Of a stretch of 64,000 bases of DNA, positions 1 through 11,518 are shown piece by piece. How positions within the stretch are numbered: the first letter of the stretch is position 1; each line of letters opens with the position of its first letter. A program made the translations under genes and the position numbers. The DNA comes from Alphaproteobacteria bacterium (GTDB taxonomy: Bacteria; Pseudomonadota; Alphaproteobacteria; UBA828): NCBI GenBank assembly GCA_009691045.1, contig SHWC01000003.1:7995-71994 (forward strand), given 5' to 3'. Below the pieces are notes generated by a model. It saw only the letters and a program-made list of their open reading frames with translations. It did not search any database and was not told the DNA's origin.

Positions 1-1023
1 GGCTTCGAGATTTTGCCATCAATCGAGCTCGGCAATTTTGCCGATATCGCCGTGACGCGCGAAACCTCAACACCGGGCGATGGGGAAATCGGCGAGGCGT
101 TGCAACGCATCGCGGATTCGGAGCGGCGCTATCGCAAGGTCGATGACCGTGCGGCGGCCAAAGACGATCAACTGCTCATTGATTTCGCTGGCTCGATCAG
201 CGGGCTGCCCTTCGAGGGTGGTGCGGCGAGCGATTTCGAGATCGTGCTTGGCTCCGGTGCCTTGATCCCGGGTTTCGAAGATCAATTGGCCGGTGCGAAG
301 GCCGGCGAGGCCCGAACCGTTAACGTGACTTTCCCGGCGGAATACCCCGCCAAGGAATTCGCGGGCAAGGACGCGCAGTTCGCGATCACGGTGAAAGAAG
401 TTCGCGAGCGCGATTCGAGCCAGATCGACGATGAATTGGCCAAGCGTTTCCAGCATGAATCACTCGAGGCCATGCGCGCCGCGGTGCGCGAGCGGCTGGT
501 GCAGGAATATCAGAACGTTTCCCGCGCCAAGCTCAAGCGCACCCTGTTGGACGAATTGGCCAAGCGCTACAGCTTCGGGGTTCCGGAGGCCATGGTCGAG
601 CAGGAGTTCGAGCAGATTTGGAATCAGATCAAGGCCGAGGTCGAGCGCGATAAGTCGAGCTATGAGGCAGTGATCGGCAAACCGGAAGAGGCCGGCAAGA
701 CGGAATATCGCGAGATCGCCGAGCGGCGCGTGCGCCTTGGTTTACTGTTGGCCGAAGTCGGCCGTCAGAATGGCGTCACGGTTGAGCGCGAAGATCTGCT
801 CCAGGCCGCCTTGCAAAGTGCGCGTTCGTTCGCGCAACCGAAGCAGGTGCTCGATTTCTATCGCAGCAACCCGAATGCGCTCGATCGTTTCCGCGCGCCG
901 GTGTTCGAGGAGAAGACGGTCGATCATCTGCTCAAGCAGGCTAAAATTAGCGAGCAGGCCGTGACGCCGACCGAACTTCTGAAAGACCCCGACGAAGACG
1001 AGGCCGGCTCGGCGAGCGCGTGA
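1..1023 (+). CDS. tig: trigger factor, C-terminal ~337 aa (5' end lies upstream of the window)
   Basis: Reading frame is open from nt 1. The translation matches the PPIase and C-terminal chaperone domains of trigger factor. The tig-clpP-clpX-lon order is conserved synteny. Confidence 0.9.
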   Translation, partial: GFEILPSIELGNFADIAVTRETSTPGDGEIGEALQRIADSERRYRKVDDRAAAKDDQLLIDFAGSISGLPFEGGAASDFEIVLGSGALIPGFEDQLAGAKAGEARTVNVTFPAEYPAKEFAGKDAQFAITVKEVRERDSSQIDDELAKRFQHESLEAMRAAVRERLVQEYQNVSRAKLKRTLLDELAKRYSFGVPEAMVEQEFEQIWNQIKAEVERDKSSYEAVIGKPEEAGKTEYREIAERRVRLGLLLAEVGRQNGVTVEREDLLQAALQSARSFAQPKQVLDFYRSNPNALDRFRAPVFEEKTVDHLLKQAKISEQAVTPTELLKDPDEDEAGSASA

Positions 1024-1089
1024 TCGCCTAACCTTAAGTTCCCCTGACGGCCCTCCCCATCCAAGCCCCTATCAGCAGGAGACGCAGAC

Positions 1090-1734
1090 TTGGCGGATAT
1101 CATTGAGACCTACGGCAACGTCCTGGTTCCCATGGTGGTCGAGCAGACCAATCGCGGTGAGCGCGCCTACGACATCTATTCGCGCCTCCTGAAGGAACGC
1201 ATCATCTTCATCACCGGGCCGGTTTTTGACGAGATGGCCAGCCTGATTTCGGCGCAGTTTTTGTTTCTCGAATCGGAGAACCCGTCGAAGGACATTTCGG
1301 TCTATATCAACTCGCCGGGTGGGGTCGTGACCGCGGGCCTCGCGATCTACGACACGATGCAATATATCCGTCCCGCGGTTTCGACGCTGGTGATCGGCCA
1401 GGCCGCTTCCATGGGCTCGCTCTTATTGTGCGCGGGCGCCGCTGGGCAGCGTTTCGCTCTGCCAAACGCGCGGGTGATGCTGCATCAGCCCTCCGGTGGG
1501 TTCCAGGGGCAGGCCACCGATATCGAGATTCACGCGCGCGAAATCCTCTCGCTCCGCAAGCGGCTGAACGAAATCTACGTTCATCACACGGGACAGACGT
1601 TCGAGATGATTCAAGAAAATTTGGAGCGGGATAAGTTTCTGACCGCCGAGGAATCCAAGGCATTCGGCCTAATTGATGAGGTAATTCAGAAGCGTCCGGC
1701 GAGCGAAGAGGGCGGTGACAAAAAGTCGAAATAA
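1090..1734 (+). CDS. clpP: ATP-dependent Clp protease proteolytic subunit ClpP
   Basis: 214 aa. Typical ClpP N-terminus [29 protein letters not shown] and Ser-His-Asp catalytic region. TTG start with an AGGAGA ribosome-binding site 9 nt upstream. Confidence 0.95.
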   Translation: MADIIETYGNVLVPMVVEQTNRGERAYDIYSRLLKERIIFITGPVFDEMASLISAQFLFLESENPSKDISVYINSPGGVVTAGLAIYDTMQYIRPAVSTLVIGQAASMGSLLLCAGAAGQRFALPNARVMLHQPSGGFQGQATDIEIHAREILSLRKRLNEIYVHHTGQTFEMIQENLERDKFLTAEESKAFGLIDEVIQKRPASEEGGDKKSK

Positions 1735-1957
1735 TCGTTAATATTTAGAGGGTAAGGTTTTGTTGGTGCGGTCGCTGCTAGGGTGTTTGTGGCGGTGAGC
1801 ACCAAATGCGGTGCGGAGATTTGGCTAGACAGCAGGGGATGTGGGTGCCAAGTTTTTGATTAATGACTAAGATTCGAAAGGTGTTTCCGGGCCTTGCAGC
1901 CCAGTCGGGATCCCAGCCCGGCCTGCGAACGCCTCGGTCCCCGGAAGCAGCAACGGT

Positions 1958-3232
1958 GTGGACATGAACAAGTCCGGCGGCAGCGACTCGAAGAATACGC
2001 TCTATTGCTCGTTCTGCGGAAAGAGCCAACACGAGGTCCGCAAGCTGATCGCGGGACCCACCGTATTCATCTGTGATGAATGCGTTGAGCTCTGCATGGA
2101 TATCATCCGTGAGGAGCACAAGACCACGCGGGTGAAAAGCCGCGATGGGGTGCCCACGCCGGGTGAAATTCGCGCTGTATTGGATGACTATGTGATCGGC
2201 CAGGACCACGCCAAGAAGGTCCTCTCGGTCGCGGTCCACAATCACTATAAGCGCCTCGCCCATGGCGGGAAGGCGAGCGACGTCGAGCTCGCGAAGTCGA
2301 ACATCCTCCTGGTCGGCCCGACTGGTTGCGGCAAGACGCTCCTGGCCCAGACGCTCGCGCGCATCCTCGATGTGCCGTTCACGATGGCGGACGCGACCAC
2401 GCTGACCGAGGCTGGCTATGTGGGCGAGGACGTCGAGAACATCATTCTGAAGCTACTGCAATCGGCCGACTACAATGTCGAGCGCGCGCAGCGCGGCATC
2501 GTCTATCTCGATGAGGTCGATAAAATCGCGCGGAAATCCGACAATCCGTCGATTACCCGCGATGTCTCGGGCGAGGGCGTGCAGCAGGCCCTCCTGAAGA
2601 TCATGGAAGGCACGGTTGCCTCCGTGCCGCCTCAGGGCGGACGCAAGCATCCTCAGCAGGAATTCCTGCAGGTCGATACGACCAACATTCTATTCATTTG
2701 CGGCGGCGCGTTTTCGGGCCTCGAAAAGATCATCGCGGCGCGCGGTCGGGGCACCTCGATCGGCTTTGGCGCCGACGTTCGTTCGCCTGAAGAGCGGCGG
2801 ACCGGCCAAATACTGCGTGAGATCGAGCCCGAGGATTTGCTGAAATTTGGGTTGATTCCCGAGTTCGTGGGCCGACTGCCGGTCATCGCAACGCTGGATG
2901 ATTTGGACGAGAAGGCGCTGATCGACATTTTGACCAAGCCGAAGAACGCGCTGGTCAAGCAGTATCAGAAGCTGTTCGACATGGAAGACGTGCGCCTCTC
3001 CTTCACGGACGATGCGCTGGTCAAGATTTCGCAGAAGGCGATCGCCCGGCGAACCGGGGCGCGTGGTTTGCGTTCGATCCTCGAATCGATCCTACTCGAT
3101 ACGATGTTTGAACTACCGGGCTATGACACGGTCGAGGAGGTCGTCATTAACCGTGAAGTCGTTGAAAGCCATGCCAAGCCGCTGCTGATCTATGCCGAGC
3201 GGCGTGAAGAAGTCACGTCGACGGCTTCCTGA
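1958..3232 (+). CDS. clpX: ATP-dependent Clp protease ATP-binding subunit ClpX
   Basis: 424 aa. N-terminal C4 zinc finger CSFCGK...CDEC and Walker [12 protein letters not shown] at 1958 or ATG at 1964 could be the start. Confidence 0.95.
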   Translation: MDMNKSGGSDSKNTLYCSFCGKSQHEVRKLIAGPTVFICDECVELCMDIIREEHKTTRVKSRDGVPTPGEIRAVLDDYVIGQDHAKKVLSVAVHNHYKRLAHGGKASDVELAKSNILLVGPTGCGKTLLAQTLARILDVPFTMADATTLTEAGYVGEDVENIILKLLQSADYNVERAQRGIVYLDEVDKIARKSDNPSITRDVSGEGVQQALLKIMEGTVASVPPQGGRKHPQQEFLQVDTTNILFICGGAFSGLEKIIAARGRGTSIGFGADVRSPEERRTGQILREIEPEDLLKFGLIPEFVGRLPVIATLDDLDEKALIDILTKPKNALVKQYQKLFDMEDVRLSFTDDALVKISQKAIARRTGARGLRSILESILLDTMFELPGYDTVEEVVINREVVESHAKPLLIYAERREEVTSTAS

Positions 3233-3238
3233 GCCCCT

Positions 3239-3267
3239 CTTGATTGTGGGGCAGTTCACGCCCATCT
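3239..3267 (+). promoter_or_regulatory. putative RpoH (sigma32)-type heat-shock promoter for lon
   Basis: CTTGA (3239-3243), 17-nt spacer, CCCATCT (3261-3267), about 75 nt upstream of the lon ATG. This fits the alphaproteobacterial sigma32 consensus CTTG-N17-CCCATnT. Confidence 0.35.
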
Positions 3268-3341
3268 GAAACCCATTCGGCTCCCGGCGGAGCAGCCCTA
3301 AGCTCTCCGCCGGCCGATAGCCGAAGCGTGGCGAGGTCCTG

Positions 3342-5756
<2,415 letters not shown>

Positions 5757-5771
5757 GCATATTTCGATTAG

Positions 5772-5810
5772 GGGCGCACCGGGCAAAATCGTTCGGCGCG
5801 CCCTTTCGAT
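5772..5810 (+). terminator. putative intrinsic terminator after lon
   Basis: GGGCGC...GCGCCC stem (5772-5777 / 5798-5803) followed by TTTCGATT. It starts 16 nt after the lon stop codon. Confidence 0.4.
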
Positions 5811-5887
5811 TCCGCGCTCCGCCCGAGTCGCGTTGTAATAATCATCGGGAATCGCGCGGTAGCCTTGGGTTTCCGCCACTTCGGGCG

Positions 5888-5917
5888 TTGACGGCGCGGA
5901 AAACCGCGCTCTACACT
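5888..5917 (+). promoter_or_regulatory. putative sigma70 promoter for hupB
   Basis: TTGACG (5888-5893), 18-nt spacer, TACACT (5912-5917). The spacer contains the hairpin GCGCGG-AAAA-CCGCGC. It lies about 78 nt upstream of the hupB start. Confidence 0.4.
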
Positions 5918-5994
5918 CCGCGTCAGTGCTGCCGATTCGCATTGGTGACACATCAGAGTTCTGGCACGTCCACGCCAACATAGGGGATACCCGG

Positions 5995-6270
5995 GTGAAC
6001 AAGAACGATCTCGTCAAATCAGTTGCAGCTGACGCCGAGTTGTCGAACACGCAGGCCGCGCGTTGCGTCGATTCGATTTTCGATACGATTCAAGGGGCCC
6101 TCAAAAAGGGCGATGAAGTTCGCTTGGTTGGCTTCGGCACGTTCGTCGTGGTCAAGCGCAAGGCGACCAAGGGACGCAATCCTCAAACCGGTGCCGAGAT
6201 CAAGATCCCGGCGTCGAAGCAACCCAAATTCCGCGCCGGCAAGGCGCTCAAGGAAGCCGTCAACAGATAA
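5995..6270 (+). CDS. hupB: DNA-binding protein HU-beta
   Basis: 91 aa from a GTG start (MNKNDLV...). Carries the HU/IHF signature GFGTF...RNPQTGAEIKIPA. The longer ORF starting at 5926 is probably an over-extension. Confidence 0.9.
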   Translation: MNKNDLVKSVAADAELSNTQAARCVDSIFDTIQGALKKGDEVRLVGFGTFVVVKRKATKGRNPQTGAEIKIPASKQPKFRAGKALKEAVNR

Positions 6271-6302
6271 TCTGAGAGTCTCGGCGATCCCGACCTAAAC
6301 AC

Positions 6303-6342
6303 GATGCCGGCTACCGCAAGGTGGCCGGCATCGGCGCTTTTC
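6303..6342 (+). terminator. intrinsic terminator of hupB
   Basis: 9-bp stem GATGCCGGC / GCCGGCATC (6303-6311 / 6324-6332) followed by GGCGCTTTTCGG. Confidence 0.5.
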
Positions 6343-6398
6343 GGCTAGGATGAAAAGTCTCGCGTCCATCCCCAACGGGGAGGGACCGCGCAGCGAGC

Positions 6399-6474
6399 GG
6401 GCGATTAGCTCAGTTGGTAGAGCGTCTCGTTTACACCGAGAATGTCGGCGGTTCGAGTCCGTCATCGCCCACCA
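6399..6474 (+). tRNA. tRNA-Val (anticodon TAC)
   Basis: 76-nt cloverleaf. Acceptor stem GGGCGAT/ATCGCCC, D-arm AGCTCAGTTGGTAGAGC, anticodon loop TTTACAC, T-arm GGTTCGAGTCC, and an encoded 3' CCA. Confidence 0.9.
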
Positions 6475-6476
6475 CC

Positions 6477-6541
6477 CTACGCCTTCGGCTTCGGGTGGCA
6501 GGCCACCCTAGGGCCTGACACCCGAAGGCGATTAGGCGTAG
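6477..6541. repeat. 65-nt imperfect nested palindrome abutting the tRNA-Val 3' end
   Basis: CTACGCC (6477-6483) pairs with GGCGTAG (6535-6541), and CTTCGGGTG (6489-6497) pairs with CACCCGAAG (6519-6527). The inner core is GGCC-ACCCTAG-GGCC. Confidence 0.5.
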
Positions 6542-6589
6542 GAGTGTCCCCCGAAGCTCCGTGAGGAGCGAAGGGGGACTGGTGCCGCC

Positions 6590-6823
6590 ATGTGGTATGT
6601 TTATTTCTTGCAGCTTGGGAATGGGGCGGTCTACGTCGGGTCGACGAATGATCTGCGCCGTCGTGTCAATTCGCATCGACGCGGACAGGTCATATCGACC
6701 AAAGCCCATCCACCGGTGGCTTTGAAATCCTATATCGCCTTAGAAACCAAAGGCCATGCGCGGGAGCTTGATCGATATTTCAAGTCGGGCTCTGGCAAGG
6801 CCTTCGCCAAGAAGCGGCTCTGA
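6590..6823 (+). CDS. GIY-YIG nuclease family protein (YhbQ-like URI domain)
   Basis: 77 aa with the GIY-YIG core VYFLQLGNGAVYVGSTNDLRRRVNSH. GC is about 52%, against about 63% in the flanking DNA. Confidence 0.8.
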   Translation: MWYVYFLQLGNGAVYVGSTNDLRRRVNSHRRGQVISTKAHPPVALKSYIALETKGHARELDRYFKSGSGKAFAKKRL

Positions 6824-7066
6824 CGATCGGGAATTTGAGCCGAGCCTGACGCCCCGAGGCGCCGAGAGGCGAGGCGAGGGACTGATGCTGCCTATGCGGC
6901 CGGCAGGACGCAGAGGCTGGCGACCAAGCGCGACTTAGCCCCCGCGCCCTACATAAATAATGCTACCAATTGTCGACGTTTGGCGCTGCAATGGCAGGCG
7001 CTGGGGCAGGCGCTGGCAGTCTATTTGACCTATTTTGAACCTGGTTGGGCCAAAGGTTTGAAACCG

Positions 7067-7762
7067 ATGCGACGTTGGATCTTTGTCCTTATTACCGTCG
7101 TCCTGGCTGGCTGCGCCTTTTCGGGCGTTGCTCCAAACGCGATCTTGTCATTCGAAGGCCCGATCGCGCCGAAGATGGAGCCCGGTAAGGCGATCTTGGC
7201 TATGGGGCTGAACTTCGTTAGTCGGGGAAGTAAATCGGAGGCACCCAATGGCGCATACGGCGCATGGATCAAGATCGATCCGTCCAGCGGTTTCCGCGAC
7301 ACGTCCGCCGATGTGGAATTTGATATTGATAACACCATTCTTCCCTCCGACGCCGAAGATGGCACACGCTACTATTTCTTCTCGGTTCCGCCTGGTACCT
7401 ACGCCCTTGGCTGGATTGCTAATCAAGGACATTTCTTTTTGTCGAGTGATTATGAGGACATATATATTATCCGTCGTCGCCTTAGCTCCGACTACCATTT
7501 CTCGCCGGTCGCACGGGCAAAGGCGTTTGCGCCAAGTTTCACCATTGGCGCGGGCGAGGTCGTCTATATCGACGATTTGGTGGGCGATTTCTCGCAAATG
7601 GCCCGGGCTAAATTGTCGATCAGAATCAGCGAGGCGGAAGTGCGAAAAAGGCTCTCCGAACGAGGCCATAAGGAAGCGCCCACCGTTCGGTTGTTCCGGC
7701 AATTCGATGGCAAGCCATTTGACCACATTGATTTAATCATGGCGACGTTTCTTCGGTCGTGA
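7067..7762 (+). CDS. hypothetical lipoprotein (no recognisable domain)
   Basis: Signal peptide plus lipobox MRRWIFVLITVVLAGC. The gene contains a 45-50% GC stretch (7360-7500). I chose the start at ATG 7067 over the upstream TTG at 6980 because of the signal peptide. Confidence 0.6.
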   Translation: MRRWIFVLITVVLAGCAFSGVAPNAILSFEGPIAPKMEPGKAILAMGLNFVSRGSKSEAPNGAYGAWIKIDPSSGFRDTSADVEFDIDNTILPSDAEDGTRYYFFSVPPGTYALGWIANQGHFFLSSDYEDIYIIRRRLSSDYHFSPVARAKAFAPSFTIGAGEVVYIDDLVGDFSQMARAKLSIRISEAEVRKRLSERGHKEAPTVRLFRQFDGKPFDHIDLIMATFLRS

Positions 7763-7963
7763 TGGGATCGAGTATCCGTTCGTAGTGAAGCGCTGCGGCT
7801 ACAGGAAATTGTACTCGACACGAGCTCCTTGTTGGGAAGCCGGCGCCGCTTGGTCCGACGTGCCTATTTGGACCGAGGGTAAGTTCCTTGACCCACAGGG
7901 TGGTGTGCAGTACATGAGGCGCGCCCTTCGCGGCTCAGAATCGAGCTGCGGTGGGGCAGGATT

Positions 7964-8040
<77 letters not shown>

Positions 8041-8203
8041 ACCCCCTGAGGCTCATGGCCGCAGGGGTCGACGTCGACCGGGGGGCCGGCCAACTGGCCA
8101 AATCCTAGCGGCGGTTTTGAGTAACGCGGGGGCTTGTCGCTGGGGCGGCACTCGTGTGGGGCAAGCGGCCCTGGCCTTGGGAGTATCGGATTAGCTCACG
8201 CCG

Positions 8204-8578
8204 ATGACCGCTTCCTCTTCCTTCCTCCTCGAATATTTGCCGATCCTCCTTTTTCTCGGCATTGCCGTCGTTATGGGGGGCGGCATGATTGTGGCGTCTT
8301 ACATCGTCGCGCCGCAAAAGCCGAACCCCGACAAGATCACCGCCTATGAATGCGGCTTCGATGCGTTCGAGGACGCGCGCATGAAATTCGACGTGCGCTT
8401 TTATCTGGTCGCCATCCTGTTCATCATTTTCGACCTCGAAGTCGCCTTCCTATTCCCGTGGGCCGATTCCTTTAGCGGCATCGGGCTGTATGGCTTTTTC
8501 TCGATGCTGGTGTTCCTTGGCATCCTGACCATCGGATTCATTTATGAATGGCGGAAGGGTGCGCTCGAATGGGAATGA
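8204..8578 (+). CDS. nuoA: NADH-quinone oxidoreductase subunit A
   Basis: 124 aa with three transmembrane segments and the NuoA motif YECGF. Confidence 0.95.
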   Translation: MTASSSFLLEYLPILLFLGIAVVMGGGMIVASYIVAPQKPNPDKITAYECGFDAFEDARMKFDVRFYLVAILFIIFDLEVAFLFPWADSFSGIGLYGFFSMLVFLGILTIGFIYEWRKGALEWE

Positions 8579-9126
8579 GTGGCGATACGACGCTCGGCCT
8601 GCCGGGACGCGCGCTCGCGCCCGGCGCGGCGCAAGATAGCGCGCTCAAATTGGTGACCGACGAGCTGGCCGAGCGCGGCATCGTGGTCGCCAAGCTCGAC
8701 AAGCTGGTCAATTGGGCGCGCACGGGTTCGCTCTGGCCACTCACCTTTGGTTTGGCCTGTTGCGGCGTCGAGTTCATGCACATGATCGCCGCGCGCTATG
8801 ACATCGATCGGCTCGGCATGGTGCCGCGCGCCAGCCCGCGCCAATCCGACGTCGTGATCGTGGCTGGCACGTTGTGCAACAAAATGGCGCCGGCTTTTCG
8901 CCGGGTCTATGACCAGATGCCCGAGCCGCGTTATGTGATCTCGATGGGTAGCTGCGCCAATGGCGGCGGCTATTATCACTATTCCTATTCGGTGGTGCGC
9001 GGCTGCGATCGCATCGTGCCGGTTGACGTCTATGTGCCGGGTTGTCCGCCGACCGCGGAGGCGCTGCTCTATGGCGTTATGCAGCTGCAAAAGAAAATTC
9101 GTCGCATCGGCACGATCGAGCGATAA
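8569..9126 (+). CDS. nuoB: NADH-quinone oxidoreductase subunit B
   Basis: Carries the 4Fe-4S (N2) cluster motifs GLACC...CPP. ATG 8569 has a GGAAGGG ribosome-binding site. ATG 8575 (ATGA overlap with the nuoA stop) is an alternative start, and the ORF also opens at 8548. Confidence 0.9.
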   Translation: MGMSGDTTLGLPGRALAPGAAQDSALKLVTDELAERGIVVAKLDKLVNWARTGSLWPLTFGLACCGVEFMHMIAARYDIDRLGMVPRASPRQSDVVIVAGTLCNKMAPAFRRVYDQMPEPRYVISMGSCANGGGYYHYSYSVVRGCDRIVPVDVYVPGCPPTAEALLYGVMQLQKKIRRIGTIER

Positions 9127-9132
9127 AGGGCC

Positions 9133-9744
9133 ATGGCCGACATTCAAACGCTGAGCGAATTGGGCGAGCGGATCAGCCTCGCGCTCAAGGATTATGTCGA
9201 GACGGCGGCGGTCGTGCAGGGGGAATTGTGCGTCATCGCCCGCCCCGATGCCATCACGCGCGTGATCAAATTTCTGCGCGATGACACACAATGCGCGTTC
9301 GAGATGCTGGTCGATGTATGTGGTGCGGATTATCCCGATCGGGAGCCGCGCTTCGATGTGGTCTATCATTTGTTGAGCGTGAGCCGGAATCAACGTGTAC
9401 GGGTCAAGGTCCGGATCGGCGAGGGCGGCGTGGTGCCGTCGGTGACCGGTCTTTATTCCGCCGCAGGCTGGTTTGAGCGCGAGGTGTGGGATCTCTACGG
9501 CATCTATTTTTCGGGTCACCCCGATTTGCGCCGGATTCTCACCGATTACGGCTTCGAGGGGCATCCCTTGCGGAAGGACTTTCCGCTCACCGGCTATGTC
9601 GAGATGCGCTATGACGATGAGCAGAAGCGCGTCATTTATGAGCCGGTCAAGCTGACGCAAGAGTTTCGTCGCTTCGATTTTATGTCGCCCTGGGAAGGCA
9701 CCAATTACACGCTCCCAGGCGATGAGAAGGCCGCTAAATCATGA
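9133..9744 (+). CDS. nuoC: NADH-quinone oxidoreductase subunit C
   Basis: 203 aa NuoC (30 kDa subunit). It is separate from nuoD, so this is not a fused NuoCD. Confidence 0.95.
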   Translation: MADIQTLSELGERISLALKDYVETAAVVQGELCVIARPDAITRVIKFLRDDTQCAFEMLVDVCGADYPDREPRFDVVYHLLSVSRNQRVRVKVRIGEGGVVPSVTGLYSAAGWFEREVWDLYGIYFSGHPDLRRILTDYGFEGHPLRKDFPLTGYVEMRYDDEQKRVIYEPVKLTQEFRRFDFMSPWEGTNYTLPGDEKAAKS

Positions 9745-10919
9745 GCGAGCGGCACATTCGGAGCATGACGATCAATTTTGGGCCGCAGCACCCGGCGGCG
9801 CATGGCGTGCTGCGTTTGGTGCTCGAGATGGATGGCGAGATTGTCGAGCGGGTAGATCCCCATATCGGCTTGCTCCATCGCGGCACCGAAAAGCTGATCG
9901 AATACAAAACTTATTTGCAAGCCGTGCCCTATTTCGATCGGCTCGACTATGTCGCGCCGATGAACCAGGAACACGCTTATGCGCTGGCGGTCGAGCGGCT
10001 TTTGGGCATCGAAATTCCGCGCCGCGCCCAGGTCATTCGCGTGCTCTATAGCGAGCTTAGCCGGATCACCAACCATCTCCTTAATATCACCACGACCGCG
10101 CTCGACGTTGGCGCGATGACGCCGTTCTTCTGGGGTTTCGAGGAGCGCGAGCGGATCATGGAGTTCTATGAGCGGGCGTCGGGCGCGCGCATGCACGCGG
10201 CCTATTTCCGGCCCGGCGGCGTCGCCATGGATTTGCCGCAAGACCTGCTCGACGACATTGGGACCTGGAACAAGAAATTCCATAAGGTGATCGACGAGAT
10301 CGATGGCCTGTTGACCGAAAACAGAATTTTTAAGCAACGCATGGTCGACATCGGCAAAACCACCGCCGCCGAGGCGCTCGATTGGGGCTTCACCGGGCCG
10401 ATGCTGCGCGCCTCGGGCGTTGCGTGGGATCTGCGCCGGGCCGAGCCATATGAGATCTATAGCGAGCTCGAATTCAAAGTGCCGGTCGGCACCAATGGCG
10501 ATTGCTATGAGCGTTATTTGGTGCGCATGGATGAAATGCGTGAAAGCGTGCGGCTGATCGAGCAATGCCTCGCGCGGATGGAGCCGGGGCCGGTCAAGGT
10601 GCAGAACAACAAGATCACGCCGCCCTCGCGCGCTGAAATGAAGCACTCGATGGAAGCGCTAATTCATCATTTCAAGCTCTATACCGAGGGCTATCACGTG
10701 CCGGCCGGCGAAACCTACGCCGCGGTCGAGGCGCCCAAGGGCGAGTTCGGCGTTTATCTCGTGTCGGACGGCAGCAACAAACCATATCGCTGCAAGATCA
10801 GGGCGCCGGGCTTCGCGCATTTGCAATCGCTCGACTTTATGAGCCGGGGTTACATGCTGGCCGATGCGGTCGCGAACCTCGCGAGCATGGATATCGTGTT
10901 TGGGGAGATCGACCGGTGA
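9741..10919 (+). CDS. nuoD: NADH-quinone oxidoreductase subunit D
   Basis: 392 aa (49 kDa subunit). Overlaps the nuoC stop by 4 nt. Confidence 0.95.
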   Translation: MSERHIRSMTINFGPQHPAAHGVLRLVLEMDGEIVERVDPHIGLLHRGTEKLIEYKTYLQAVPYFDRLDYVAPMNQEHAYALAVERLLGIEIPRRAQVIRVLYSELSRITNHLLNITTTALDVGAMTPFFWGFEERERIMEFYERASGARMHAAYFRPGGVAMDLPQDLLDDIGTWNKKFHKVIDEIDGLLTENRIFKQRMVDIGKTTAAEALDWGFTGPMLRASGVAWDLRRAEPYEIYSELEFKVPVGTNGDCYERYLVRMDEMRESVRLIEQCLARMEPGPVKVQNNKITPPSRAEMKHSMEALIHHFKLYTEGYHVPAGETYAAVEAPKGEFGVYLVSDGSNKPYRCKIRAPGFAHLQSLDFMSRGYMLADAVANLASMDIVFGEIDR

Positions 10920-11518
10920 GCGGCAATGGCGCGGATCAAGGGGCGAGCTTTGCCTTTGCGCCCGAGGCCATAGCGAAGGTCAAAGCGATCATCGCCAAAT
11001 ATCCGACGGGCCGGCAGGCGAGCGCGGTGCTGCCACTGCTCGATCTGGCGCAGCGTGAGAACGACGGGTGGCTCTCGCGCGCCGCGATGGATCATGTCGC
11101 GCAAATTCTCGATATGGCGCCGATCAAGGTTTATGAGGTCGCCACGTTTTACACGATGTTCAACCTAAAGCCGGTCGGGCGCCATTTGGTGCAGCTGTGC
11201 CGCACGACGCCCTGTTGGCTGCGCGGCAGCGAGGAATTGCGCTATGCCGCCCAGCAGGAACTCGGAATCGGTTTGAAGGAAACCACCGGCGACGGCGCCT
11301 TCACGCTGGTTGAGGTCGAATGCCTCGGCGCCTGCGTCAACGCGCCCATGGTGCAGATCAATGACGATTTCTATGAGGATCTGACGGGCGAGAGCTTCCG
11401 CGAACTTTTGCGCGCGCTGCGGCGCGGCGAGAAGCCGGCTATCGGATCACGGACCGGGCGGCAAGGCTCATGCCCGGCCTCGGGCCCGACCACATTGACC
11501 GAGATCGAGCGACGCTGA
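10916..11518 (+). CDS. nuoE: NADH-quinone oxidoreductase subunit E
   Basis: 200 aa. GTG start overlapping the nuoD stop (GTGA). Has the 2Fe-2S thioredoxin-like motifs CRTTPC...CLGAC. Confidence 0.9.
   Translation: MSGNGADQGASFAFAPEAIAKVKAIIAKYPTGRQASAVLPLLDLAQRENDGWLSRAAMDHVAQILDMAPIKVYEVATFYTMFNLKPVGRHLVQLCRTTPCWLRGSEELRYAAQQELGIGLKETTGDGAFTLVEVECLGACVNAPMVQINDDFYEDLTGESFRELLRALRRGEKPAIGSRTGRQGSCPASGPTTLTEIERR

Noticed and set aside
6431-6709. 92-aa minus-strand ORF
   Set aside because: It overlaps tRNA-Val and the GIY-YIG gene on the opposite strand. It is spurious.
6475-7963. Possibility that the inter-tRNA insert is a classical integrative genomic island or prophage remnant
   Set aside because: No integrase, excisionase or transposase gene is present, and I could find no direct repeat of either tRNA 3' end. 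I kept it only as a small acquired islet (see findings).
8542-9660. 372-aa ORF antisense to nuoB/nuoC. Similar long antisense ORFs occur at 3213-4283, 9705-10646, 11371-12330, 19352-20104, 28074-29228, 33023-34048 and 49364-50329.
   Set aside because: High-GC genomes give long stop-free reverse frames. All of these lie entirely inside strongly supported conserved genes, and their translations are Arg/Ala/Gly-rich low-complexity sequence with no recognisable domain.
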